Positions 36,402 to 45,106 of a DNA stretch of 64,000 nt are shown piece by piece. Under the pieces are notes generated by a model that worked only from the letters and a program-made list of their open reading frames with translations, had not been told where the DNA came from and made no database searches. Position 1 is the first letter of the stretch. The number at the start of each line of letters is the position of its first letter. Origin of the DNA: Halobacteria archaeon (GTDB taxonomy: Archaea > Methanobacteriota_B > Thermococci > Methanofastidiosales > NM3); contig DAINBB010000001.1 in NCBI GenBank assembly GCA_036733165.1, forward strand, positions 949 to 64,948, given 5' to 3'. A program made the translations under genes and the position numbers.

Positions 36402-37565
36402 ATGTACGAGAGGATACAGGATTCTATTGAAAGACAACGCAGGTATAGAGATGGGTTGAAAGACGGCCTGATATGTGATTCCTGCGATATCGGCCCATGC
36501 CATCTTAGTGATTTCGATGACGATTTTCTTGCTCCCTGTGGCATATACAAGGAACAGGTGGTGCTGAAGAATCTTTCAGAAAAGATTGTTGAGGGGATGT
36601 CCGAGTACGGCGTCTACAAACACAATTTGACAAAGATATATGATCTTGACAGATTGATAAGATACGCATCGAGGATATTGCCCAAATCCATCGAATACGT
36701 CAAGATGATCGACACATTGTTCCAGGATTTTAGGATCCCAAGGATGGGATGTTTCGGCTTGGGCGGATTGGAGAAGGATGAGGTCAACATCTGTGCCATA
36801 GGCCCTCCAGACAAGATATACGACCTAATAGTCGATGCCCATGCCGATGGGAACGTTGAGAGGGTCCAAGGATGTGGCGCCAAGGGTGTGAATGTTGTAT
36901 CTCTCGGAGCGCCCGGCGCCGAGATGGCATACCAGACGGGCATACCATGTATCGGGAACAGCTTGTCCCTTGAGGATGCGTTGTCGACAGGGGCCATAGA
37001 TTCCGTGCATTTCGGCAAGAGAACGGACATCAGCATCCAGGAAGGGATAGAGAACTTCATCAAGAGGGACGGCAATAGTGTCAAACTTCCCCAGAAGACC
37101 TACTACAAGACGGGCCTCGATGTCGATGTCGACGCCATCAACAGGGGCTTAAGATCCGGAAGAATAGCCGGTACGGCGGTAATAGTTGGGGCCAGCAGCA
37201 TCAACTGCCACTGGGACATGGACAAGTTAGTGGACGAGCTTTTGAAGAGGGGCTATGTCGTATTCATCAATGGCGCCCATCTCTACAAGGGGACCGAACT
37301 TGACCCAACGGGACCCTCTGTCATACATCTGGGTTTCTGTGAATATGGCAAGACACTGATGATGGACCTCGACATCAAACCAACGATATTATTGCCCGGA
37401 TGGAAGAACGCGAAGTTGCTCACCGGGGCCCTGGGAATGCTGAGTGAAGGATACACTGTCATCAACGGAAATGATATCTTCGGTTCTGAGAAGCTCAAGC
37501 TGGACCTTGAGGATAGGGGGCTCAGCGTGATAAAGGACCAAAGAAGGCTATTGTCGCTTTTCTGA
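36402..37565 (+). CDS. Truncated, degenerate CooS/Hcp-superfamily (CODH-like) Fe-S protein
   Basis: CDSCDIGPC...CG B-cluster motif; GLGGLEKDEVNI, GIPC..S, TGAIDS, HLGFC and NAK align in order with CooS, but the protein is only 387 aa. Confidence 0.75.
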   Translation: MYERIQDSIERQRRYRDGLKDGLICDSCDIGPCHLSDFDDDFLAPCGIYKEQVVLKNLSEKIVEGMSEYGVYKHNLTKIYDLDRLIRYASRILPKSIEYVKMIDTLFQDFRIPRMGCFGLGGLEKDEVNICAIGPPDKIYDLIVDAHADGNVERVQGCGAKGVNVVSLGAPGAEMAYQTGIPCIGNSLSLEDALSTGAIDSVHFGKRTDISIQEGIENFIKRDGNSVKLPQKTYYKTGLDVDVDAINRGLRSGRIAGTAVIVGASSINCHWDMDKLVDELLKRGYVVFINGAHLYKGTELDPTGPSVIHLGFCEYGKTLMMDLDIKPTILLPGWKNAKLLTGALGMLSEGYTVINGNDIFGSEKLKLDLEDRGLSVIKDQRRLLSLF

Positions 37566-37594
37566 TGATTATATATTTATACCAATAGCGAAGA

Positions 37595-37852
37595 ATGTTG
37601 TTAATGACGGACGAGGGGGAGATGGGTTACAAAGATGTATCCTATATTCTGGGATTGAAAGTAATCCCTGGAAAAGAGAACGACATAAGGGAAAAAATAG
37701 AAAAAATCCCAGGTGTTTTCAAATCCTTCAAGGCCCTTGGACAATTCGATGTGATACTTATGGCCAAGGACCTCAAGGAGGCGAAGTCTGTCATGAAAAA
37801 GGTCAAGAACATTGAAAACGTCTTAGACGTTTTCTTCATTGAACTTGAATAG
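37595..37852 (+). CDS. Stand-alone Lrp/AsnC ligand-binding (RAM) domain protein
   Basis: ILGLKVIPGKENDIREKIEKIPGV...GQFDVILMA pattern; no HTH. Confidence 0.8.
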   Translation: MLLMTDEGEMGYKDVSYILGLKVIPGKENDIREKIEKIPGVFKSFKALGQFDVILMAKDLKEAKSVMKKVKNIENVLDVFFIELE

Positions 37853-37861
37853 GGTGGTACT

Positions 37862-38092
37862 ATATCAATAAAGGGCCTTATAGGCATTAGGACAGAGGAC
37901 TGCGAGATTCCCCGAAGGATCCTTGGGGAGATGCCTGAGGTCCTTATGATAAAAAAATCCAGAAACTACCATGACATGATCGCCATTGTAAAACATGATA
38001 GCATAGCTTCACTATCAGATTTCATTTTTCACAAGATCAGGGCTATTGATTGCATAAGAGACACGGAAACCACCATATTGTTGGAGGAATGA
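37862..38092 (+). CDS. Second stand-alone RAM domain protein; no ATG/GTG/TTG start at the domain N-terminus (ATA start or readthrough)
   Basis: Same frame as the upstream gene, after TAG 37850-37852: ISIKGLIGIRTE...MPEV...HDMIAIVKHDSIASLSDFIFHKIRAIDCIRDTETTILLEE*; the IRxIDxIxDTET ending is typical of RAM domains. Confidence 0.7.
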   Translation: MSIKGLIGIRTEDCEIPRRILGEMPEVLMIKKSRNYHDMIAIVKHDSIASLSDFIFHKIRAIDCIRDTETTILLEE

Positions 38093-38097
38093 TTCTT

Positions 38098-38778
38098 ATG
38101 AAGATGGTAATAAAGTACGGCGGGTCGTTGCTTTTCAAAGATGGAAAGATAAACGTTGACTTGATTGACAACATATGCGACATTGTGAGAGAACTCCACG
38201 AAAAGGGGAATGAGATAGGCATGGTGATCGGTGGTGGATTCACTGCCAGGCAATATATCTCCGCCCTCAATCCATATTTCGCCGAGGCTAAAAAGGACTA
38301 TGTTGCCGTTCTGGCAACCAGGATGAACGCCATGCTCTTCGTATCAAGATTGTCAGACATATGCTGCCCGAAGCCTCCGGCCCACTTCGAGGACATATTG
38401 GACTGTCTTGGTTCCGGGAAGATGATCGTGTCGGGCGGGATGCAACCTGGACAGTCAACGAACGCCGTCGCCACCTTGCTGTGCGAGGCCATGGGGGCAA
38501 GGGTCCTGGTAAACGCCACGAACGTGGACTTCATATACGACAAGGACCCCAAGAAGTACAAGGATGCCGTTCCAATCACCACCATGGACTACAAGGGGCT
38601 CAAAGGGATCATATCCAACATAGACTCGACTGCGGGCGGATACGACATGTTCGACATGGTGGCGGCAAAGAACATAGAGAGATCGGGCATCGAATTGCAC
38701 TTCATCAATGGAAATGACCCAGAGAACCTTTACAAAATAATTGACAATGTCCAGGTGGGCACAGTAGTAAAAGGTTAA
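38098..38778 (+). CDS. pyrH: UMP kinase
   Basis: VIKYGGS, GGGFTAR, PGQST, TNVDFIYDKDP; likely start ATG 38098. Confidence 0.95.
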   Translation: MKMVIKYGGSLLFKDGKINVDLIDNICDIVRELHEKGNEIGMVIGGGFTARQYISALNPYFAEAKKDYVAVLATRMNAMLFVSRLSDICCPKPPAHFEDILDCLGSGKMIVSGGMQPGQSTNAVATLLCEAMGARVLVNATNVDFIYDKDPKKYKDAVPITTMDYKGLKGIISNIDSTAGGYDMFDMVAAKNIERSGIELHFINGNDPENLYKIIDNVQVGTVVKG

Positions 38779-38798
38779 TATTTTGAATATAAAACTGG

Positions 38799-39287
38799 TT
38801 GAACAGGATAAGATTTAAAAAAATAAGTACAATATTTATGATGATGGATGCGAAGTTATTCGATCAGTGCAAGGATTCCGTTGATTATCTCGAGGAAAAT
38901 GCAAGGAACTATTACTTCATGAAGAGATATCAAAGGTTTAATCCATCCCCGCAGGCATTGGATGTGTTCAGGAACATCGAGGAAAGGACGAACGTCATAG
39001 TCCTTGCATCAAGGAACTGCCCGATATGCATAGCCACTATCCCTGTTCTCTTGAGATTGCATCTAGATGTCGGCAATCCGAATATGGACATAAGGGTCAT
39101 AGAGAACGGCTCGCCTTCCTTGCCAGCATTTCTCTCTGACAAAAGGTCGCCCTTCGTTGTCTTTTATGATGGATCGTTCAACGAGCTATTCAACCTGGAT
39201 CAGAAACAGATAGAGACAAATTTCGAGACTATTCTCGTGGAAGAGCTTGAGAAGCTTTCAAATAGGGTAAAAAGAACAAATATATAA
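38799..39287 (+). CDS. Thioredoxin-family protein
   Basis: CPIC motif, P..VFYD..FNEL. Confidence 0.75.
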   Translation: MNRIRFKKISTIFMMMDAKLFDQCKDSVDYLEENARNYYFMKRYQRFNPSPQALDVFRNIEERTNVIVLASRNCPICIATIPVLLRLHLDVGNPNMDIRVIENGSPSLPAFLSDKRSPFVVFYDGSFNELFNLDQKQIETNFETILVEELEKLSNRVKRTNI

Positions 39288-39310
39288 ACAGTCAATCATT
39301 ATTTCTCTTT

Positions 39311-39811
39311 ATGAAGGGAGAGCTCCAGAACGGCAAGATAGTGATTTCCGACAATCCTACGATATCGAAGCTCTATGGAAAAAGGTCCTATGGGGTCCTG
39401 GTCGACAAAAAGCTCTACCTTACCCCGCTTGAGGCATATTATCTATCTGAAAAGGAAAAGCTTCAGATAGAGCACAAGGGGGACCCGATATCAGGTGCCG
39501 AGCTGTTGTCATTGACAGATGCGGAGGAGGGATTCGAGGAAAAATACACCGTCTACAAGGACCTTAGGGACAGGGGTTACATCGTCAAGACCGGATTCAA
39601 ATATGGATGTCATTTCAGGGTCTACAGAAATTCCATAGAAGACCATGCGGAGTACTTGGTCCATTCCTTTATTGAACATGGTTCGATAAAGGTGGATGAC
39701 ATCATGAAACAGGCCCGATTAGCACACTCTGTCAAGAAAAAGATGGTGATGGCCCTTGTTGACGAAGAGAACGATATCACCTACTTCTCCGTGGACAGGG
39801 TAAAGATATAA
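39311..39811 (+). CDS. endA: tRNA splicing endonuclease (single-unit, alpha4 size)
   Basis: VYKDLRDRGYIVKTGFKYGCHFRVY, RLAHSVKK; 166 aa. Confidence 0.95.
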   Translation: MKGELQNGKIVISDNPTISKLYGKRSYGVLVDKKLYLTPLEAYYLSEKEKLQIEHKGDPISGAELLSLTDAEEGFEEKYTVYKDLRDRGYIVKTGFKYGCHFRVYRNSIEDHAEYLVHSFIEHGSIKVDDIMKQARLAHSVKKKMVMALVDEENDITYFSVDRVKI

Positions 39812-39819
39812 GAGGATGC

Positions 39820-40143
39820 TCACTTTTTGAGTATATCCTCAAGGATCCTTATCCCCTTGTTGAACGCCGGCATGCCTGCGGTCAGGAGCACCACCCTGAG
39901 TATGTCCACTATCTCCCCCTCGGTTATGCCAAGCTCTGCCATACCGGACCTCATCTGTTTTTCGGTCGCGTTTTCATCGCATTTTGACGCCACTATGCCG
40001 ATGGCGATCAGTTTTTGGGTCTTGTAATCCAGTTCTCTTCCAGTATATATTACCCCGTTGAGCTTGTTGATGCCCTCGTAGAGCTCCGGATACTTTTCCC
40101 TGACTATCCTCATGCCCTTGCCGTAATAGACTTCATCCTTCAT
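39820..40143 (-). CDS. Carboxymuconolactone decarboxylase (AhpD-like) family protein
   Basis: MKDEVYYGKG...LDYKTQKLIAIG...GITEGEI...AG; fused to sfsA in the ORF track only because of the sfsA frameshift. Confidence 0.85.
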   Translation of the reverse strand: MKDEVYYGKGMRIVREKYPELYEGINKLNGVIYTGRELDYKTQKLIAIGIVASKCDENATEKQMRSGMAELGITEGEIVDILRVVLLTAGMPAFNKGIRILEDILKK

Positions 40144-40174
40144 GAAGTATGATTTGTTCGCAAGAGATATAAAG

Positions 40175-40893
40175 CTATGTAGAGGGCAATGCAAGGGGGA
40201 TGGGCCCTTCATAGCGTATGGTCCTTGCATCGTAGGAAAAGAGGAGCGGATGCACGCCGCCTCATCTACTGCAACGGCAAGCCTCTCCGAGAACAGGGGA
40301 TCTGTATCTGTATTGGGGGAGAACACGGATGCATATGGGGCAAATACCAAGAATATGATATGGCCCTCTTCCCCAGACCTCACCGCTTCTATCAGCTCCG
40401 AGACATGCCTCGCGCCCCTCTTTGTAGGAGCGTCTGGGAACAGGGCCGTACCACCGACGGAGAGCGAACATCCCTTGACCTCCACCCAGCACCTTCTCGA
40501 CCCGTTGTCCAACATATAGTCCATCCTGCTCCGCCCCAGAACGGTCTCGGGCCTGATGAGGTCCTCATTTGACTGGAAAGGCATCATTCGATTTTCAAGC
40601 AGCCAATCCGAGACATGACGATGATACGAAGAGTTTGCGAGAACCCATCTATCCTTCACCAGGCCCGCCAACAGGTCCCATCCCGTCTTGCGTTTGGGAT
40701 TCTGCCCGGCACTGCGCAAAAGGACCCTGTTGCCTGGAAAGAGTATCTCGGACAGCCGGCCCGGGTCATGGATGTGGACAAGCGTCTGGCCCCCCTCTCC
40801 GCCCACGTCCGCCACGCCAAGGAATCTGTTCCTCCTTTGAATGAACTTCCCTTCGGCATCGGATGGGAGGTCCATCACTATCTGCGACGTCAT
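40175..40893 (-). CDS. sfsA: Sugar fermentation stimulation protein SfsA, frameshifted near 40258 as sequenced
   Basis: RRNRF, HIHDPGRL, VEVKGC, FPDAPTKRGARH; one extra G restores EAGVHPLLFSY...YEGPIP and the stop at 40175; span 719 nt (3n-1). Confidence 0.9.
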
Positions 40894-40902
40894 GACGATC
40901 GA

Positions 40903-41691
40903 TCAAAGATTTTTCTTCATGATCACATTGTTGGCCAGCTTGCTGTTAGGCACTACAAGATAGTCCCCATTGTTGGTCTTCAGGGTGGTCGAGATTATGC
41001 CTACCTCCTCGACAATGCCCTCGATCTCAGGGGTCTGGATGTAATCCCCGACCCTGACAGACTTGTTCCTTATTATCTGAATGCCGGAGAAGAAGTTCCT
41101 GGATATGTCTCCCGCGCCGATTATGACAAAGACACATGCCAAGAAGGATATGGCGGCGGCAATGATCAAAAGCACGTCCGTTGAGACCCTCAGCTGTGAC
41201 AAGGCCATGATCAGGGCGACGATATATATGAAGTATCTTATGCTATTGATGAAAATCTCGTTGGAAGGCATCCTTGATTCCTTGAGATATCCATCTATTG
41301 CATGCACTAGCTTTTCGGCAAAGATGAACCCCAAAATCATTATCGTTAGGGCCACGACCACGTTCGGCAGATAGGAAACGACGTTGTTCATGAAGCTGTT
41401 GATGCTCTCAAGGCCCAATATATCAATCGCCTGGCCGATGGCCACAAGGTAGATTGTCCAACTGACTATTATCTTGATAAATCCTATAAAGGTGAAACTG
41501 GTCCTCTTTGTCGTCTCCTGGATCTTTGTGCCCATTATAATCTTGAGAATCCCGGTCTTGTTTACTATGAAATCTATGAGCTTTCCGCTCAATCTGCCTA
41601 ATATGAAACCTATTATCAATATTGAAATCACGATGAGTATGTCCTCCATGTTGGACATGATATCGTTTGATATATTTGCAAGTTCTATCAT
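40903..41691 (-). CDS. mscS: Small-conductance mechanosensitive channel
   Basis: TM helices, NFFSGIQI, VGDYI, GIVEEVG, VPNSKL. Confidence 0.9.
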   Translation of the reverse strand: MIELANISNDIMSNMEDILIVISILIIGFILGRLSGKLIDFIVNKTGILKIIMGTKIQETTKRTSFTFIGFIKIIVSWTIYLVAIGQAIDILGLESINSFMNNVVSYLPNVVVALTIMILGFIFAEKLVHAIDGYLKESRMPSNEIFINSIRYFIYIVALIMALSQLRVSTDVLLIIAAAISFLACVFVIIGAGDISRNFFSGIQIIRNKSVRVGDYIQTPEIEGIVEEVGIISTTLKTNNGDYLVVPNSKLANNVIMKKNL

Positions 41692-42534
41692 CTACTTCAG
41701 CTCCACAGGGTCCAGTTCCAGAACCATGTTGCCATTTGCGAAGATCCTTAAAAGATTATCCGACTCTGACAAGACGATGGCTATGGCGTTCGTTATCTTG
41801 GACATCCAAGCCGCCGACATGTGCCTGGCGCCAAGCCCCCTGGGCAGTTCTATGCCCTCCTTGCCGCTTTCCAGATACCTGGCCGCGGCAACTATCTTTC
41901 CCTTGCCGCTGATGACGAAGGCACCGTCCAATCTGGAATATTCCTTAATCATGCTGGTCACTATCTTGTTGGAAATCTCAACATAGCTGCCTTCAAACGG
42001 ATTATATGTTATCTGGGTGGAGTGCTGCAGGACATCGCCCGAGTCGCCCACGATGAACGTGGTGCCGACAGGTTTTCCCTCCCTACCCTTCTTGCCAAGC
42101 TGTATGGCTATCCTCAGGACATTATGGATGACCATGGGATCTATTTCGCTCGTGTAGGAAAGGATGGTGTAGATTCCGTTGTCGATGAGTGGTCTGGCCC
42201 TCAGCGTAAGGATCGCGTTGTCAGAATCAGAACCTGTGGTGTTGATGAAGACCACCAGGTCCTCATTCCTGATAAGGCCCTCCTTCATGCCCCCGGCAAT
42301 GGATATGTATGCTCGTTGGTACAGGTCAGGGATCTCCGTTGGAAGGAATATCATCCTCTCCTTTCCATTGGAAAGCTTTGTATCGCTGATGACGACTATG
42401 GGGGCGATCTTACGATAGTTCGATATCTTGTGGGCATTGGTGAGGTCTTTTTTCGACTCTGCACAATACATTATCACATCCGCCTTTATCTCCCTTGCAA
42501 GGTCGAATCCTGTTCGCAATACGACTTTTTCCAT
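41692..42534 (-). CDS. dacZ: Diadenylate cyclase DacZ (PK_C-like domain plus DisA_N)
   Basis: GREGKPVGT, RLDGAFVI, GLGARH, SESD motifs. Confidence 0.92.
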   Translation of the reverse strand: MEKVVLRTGFDLAREIKADVIMYCAESKKDLTNAHKISNYRKIAPIVVISDTKLSNGKERMIFLPTEIPDLYQRAYISIAGGMKEGLIRNEDLVVFINTTGSDSDNAILTLRARPLIDNGIYTILSYTSEIDPMVIHNVLRIAIQLGKKGREGKPVGTTFIVGDSGDVLQHSTQITYNPFEGSYVEISNKIVTSMIKEYSRLDGAFVISGKGKIVAAARYLESGKEGIELPRGLGARHMSAAWMSKITNAIAIVLSESDNLLRIFANGNMVLELDPVELK

Positions 42535-42535
42535 A

Positions 42536-43138
42536 CTATGACCTCTCCTGTTCTACGACCTCCCCATTTGGCGCGATCTCGGAGAAGACCTGTCCCGTGA
42601 ACTTATAAATCTTTATATCATCTTCATTGAGCCAGCAATCCTGGGGTAGTCCTGCCTTGACACAAGTATGTGACAGGAACTCCTCTTTTCCCCAGTTCCA
42701 TTCTATAGGCACCTGGGGAAGGAGCAGACCCTTCTGAAATCCCCTCTCTATGATAAGCCCGTCCCTGCCGACCTCTATCTCATCAAGATATCCTTTGCCG
42801 CTCTTGCCCTTGATGAGAGACGGAGATGACAACACGGTGACCTCCACCAACAGACGGTCAATCTCGCTTGAAGAAACGGGATGGAAACGGGGATCCCTGG
42901 TCGCAGAGGCGATGCTGGCATCCAACAGTGAGTCTATTAGGGGATAGACCGGTTCAGGAAAACCTATGCAGCCGCGCAGATCTTTCCCTGGATATGTCTT
43001 CAGGGTAACGAATATCCCAGAATTGATCTTATATTTGTCATCGATCTCTCCGGTGTCGTAATCATCGCCCCTCAGATACGTCCTGATGCGCTCACGCGCC
43101 ATTCTGACCAGTTCAGTGCCCTCTTTTAAACTCAACAT
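42536..43138 (-). CDS. AMMECR1 / TIGR00296 family protein
   Basis: GIFVTL, LRGCIG, DPRF, GLLLPQVP, LSHTCVKAG. Confidence 0.93.
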   Translation of the reverse strand: MLSLKEGTELVRMARERIRTYLRGDDYDTGEIDDKYKINSGIFVTLKTYPGKDLRGCIGFPEPVYPLIDSLLDASIASATRDPRFHPVSSSEIDRLLVEVTVLSSPSLIKGKSGKGYLDEIEVGRDGLIIERGFQKGLLLPQVPIEWNWGKEEFLSHTCVKAGLPQDCWLNEDDIKIYKFTGQVFSEIAPNGEVVEQERS

Positions 43139-43247
43139 GGATATATTTCGACAAAAGGGTAAAAAAATCTATTGCATGGCATCCGCCATCCCCTCTCAAA
43201 AAGTTCAGACGATATATCTATATATGGGTCTTCGAATTAATTGAACG

Positions 43248-44825
43248 TTGAAACAGACTGTACTTGACACGATCATGGAGATCAGGGAGGAGATAGGCAT
43301 GGATTACAGATCGCCTGTCATAGTCAGGGTCTCCAAAAGCAGGGGCACTCTCTTTATCGAGTGCGAGGACAGGGCGGACAAGAGCATCGTGATAGGAACC
43401 GGAGGTTGGGTGGTGGGAAAGCTCACAGGCAGGCTCAACCTAAAGGATATCAAGGTCGAGTCAAGGCTTGACAACATCGTGAGAACCAGGGACCTGATCA
43501 ACTCCCTGAGGTCCTTGGATTCCTTGGAGAACGAGGAATTCGTGCATCTTTCAAAGGCGATCATACAGGGAAAGACACCTGAGGGCTGCAGAGTGTATGT
43601 CATGGGGGAGGAGATGATGTGGGCATGCGCAATGCTTGAGGACCTCGGTTGCAGTCCTGTGCTGCTACATACGGAATTCGTGCATGATAACGTGAAAGGG
43701 ACCTACGGCGGCACAGAGTTCCGCAAGGTGAAGGCCCCCATTAGCCCCTATCCCGAAAGGCTTGAGGCAATGGTGTCCTCGGTCCTTGACGACCCGGGAG
43801 ATGGGTCAGACCGGATATTTATGGGTCTTTTTGAGAAGACGCTGGAGGAAAGGGACGGCTCCATCCTTGTCAATCCGATGGAGTTCTATCGTATCGACCT
43901 TTGGCAGACAAGGAAATACTCAAGGAAAAGATTCAAGGAAAGGATATTTGAGCATTCCGATGAGAACAAGGGTTTCATGGTGCGCAAGGTGCTGGACTGG
44001 TGCTCCAATGGTTTGATAGAGCCCAACGACGCCGCAAGGATAATACACACCCATTGGACAGACGGCACTCTTATCAATGTCGGACGGACGGACATGGACG
44101 GCTTCACAAGGAAATATAGGGTAAGGAACTCGCTGTCAAGGTCCAAAGAGGTGTCTGAGGACGTCCATCGAATCCTGAACAACTACCTTACTGGGAACAA
44201 AGATCATATCGGTCTGAGGGCCCTCATCGCTTGGTCTGGAGGCATTGACAGTTCGGCCTGCATAGAGGTAGCCCTGAAGGCAGGGCTTGAGGCGGACCTG
44301 GTAACCGTCAAGATGCCGTTCATCGACATGATTGAACTCAGGACAAGGGCGGGTGCCATGGGGCTCGAACTCGGGGAGTTGGAACTGCCGGAAAGATATC
44401 CCAACATCTGTAAGAGCGTCGAGTCCGGAAACATCCATCCATGCGGTCAATGCTCGTCCATGATAGAGGAGGCCATAAAGGAGTATGCCATCGGGAAAGG
44501 ATATGACCTATTGATATTTGGGGACCTTCTCTCGGTCGGCTCCCAGTCGGTCCTTAGAGAAGATGGCCTGATATTGCTCAACCTTCCTGCGGCCCTTTCG
44601 CTTTCAAAGAGGGAGCTTATGACATTCTCGGAGGGACCAACTGAGATCAGTTTCGGATGCCCTCTTGTCAACATGGCGCATGGCATTAACAGGGACTCCC
44701 AGAGGATCTCCATCCAGAGGGTGCTAAGGGAACTGAGGGCCGGGATGCTGGACAATGAGCTGGCCCTGGAGCTTATAAATGACATCAAGACGCCCCCAGA
44801 AAGATATATATATGATATTTCTTAA
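43248..44825 (+). CDS. KH-like domain plus PP-loop ATPase (COG1365-like) with apparent internal duplication
   Basis: IVIGTGGWVVGKL, AWSGGIDS, HPCGQC, FGDLLSVG, GCPL motifs. Confidence 0.7.
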   Translation: MKQTVLDTIMEIREEIGMDYRSPVIVRVSKSRGTLFIECEDRADKSIVIGTGGWVVGKLTGRLNLKDIKVESRLDNIVRTRDLINSLRSLDSLENEEFVHLSKAIIQGKTPEGCRVYVMGEEMMWACAMLEDLGCSPVLLHTEFVHDNVKGTYGGTEFRKVKAPISPYPERLEAMVSSVLDDPGDGSDRIFMGLFEKTLEERDGSILVNPMEFYRIDLWQTRKYSRKRFKERIFEHSDENKGFMVRKVLDWCSNGLIEPNDAARIIHTHWTDGTLINVGRTDMDGFTRKYRVRNSLSRSKEVSEDVHRILNNYLTGNKDHIGLRALIAWSGGIDSSACIEVALKAGLEADLVTVKMPFIDMIELRTRAGAMGLELGELELPERYPNICKSVESGNIHPCGQCSSMIEEAIKEYAIGKGYDLLIFGDLLSVGSQSVLREDGLILLNLPAALSLSKRELMTFSEGPTEISFGCPLVNMAHGINRDSQRISIQRVLRELRAGMLDNELALELINDIKTPPERYIYDIS

Positions 44826-44830
44826 TGTAG

Positions 44831-45106
44831 TTGGAGCTATGTGATGGCATGAGGTACTCGAATATACAGTACTACAAGGACTATTCCATCCTAAAGGTAA
44901 GGCAGAGCATAAAAAGGCTTTATATCGGCAGGATACTGTTCTCCCTAGGTATAATACTGTTTCTTGCCAGCCTGTTGATGGACATAACGGACACGACCCT
45001 CTATCTGAGCGAATCCTTGGCACCGTTCACCAACAACATAACGATGATGTTGTATTCCTCAACGATGCTGTTGGTCTCCATGATAATACTCATCGTTCAT
45101 AGATGA
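44831..45106 (+). CDS. Hypothetical two-TM membrane protein
   Basis: 91-aa ORF with two hydrophobic helices, following the upstream gene. Confidence 0.5.
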   Translation: MELCDGMRYSNIQYYKDYSILKVRQSIKRLYIGRILFSLGIILFLASLLMDITDTTLYLSESLAPFTNNITMMLYSSTMLLVSMIILIVHR

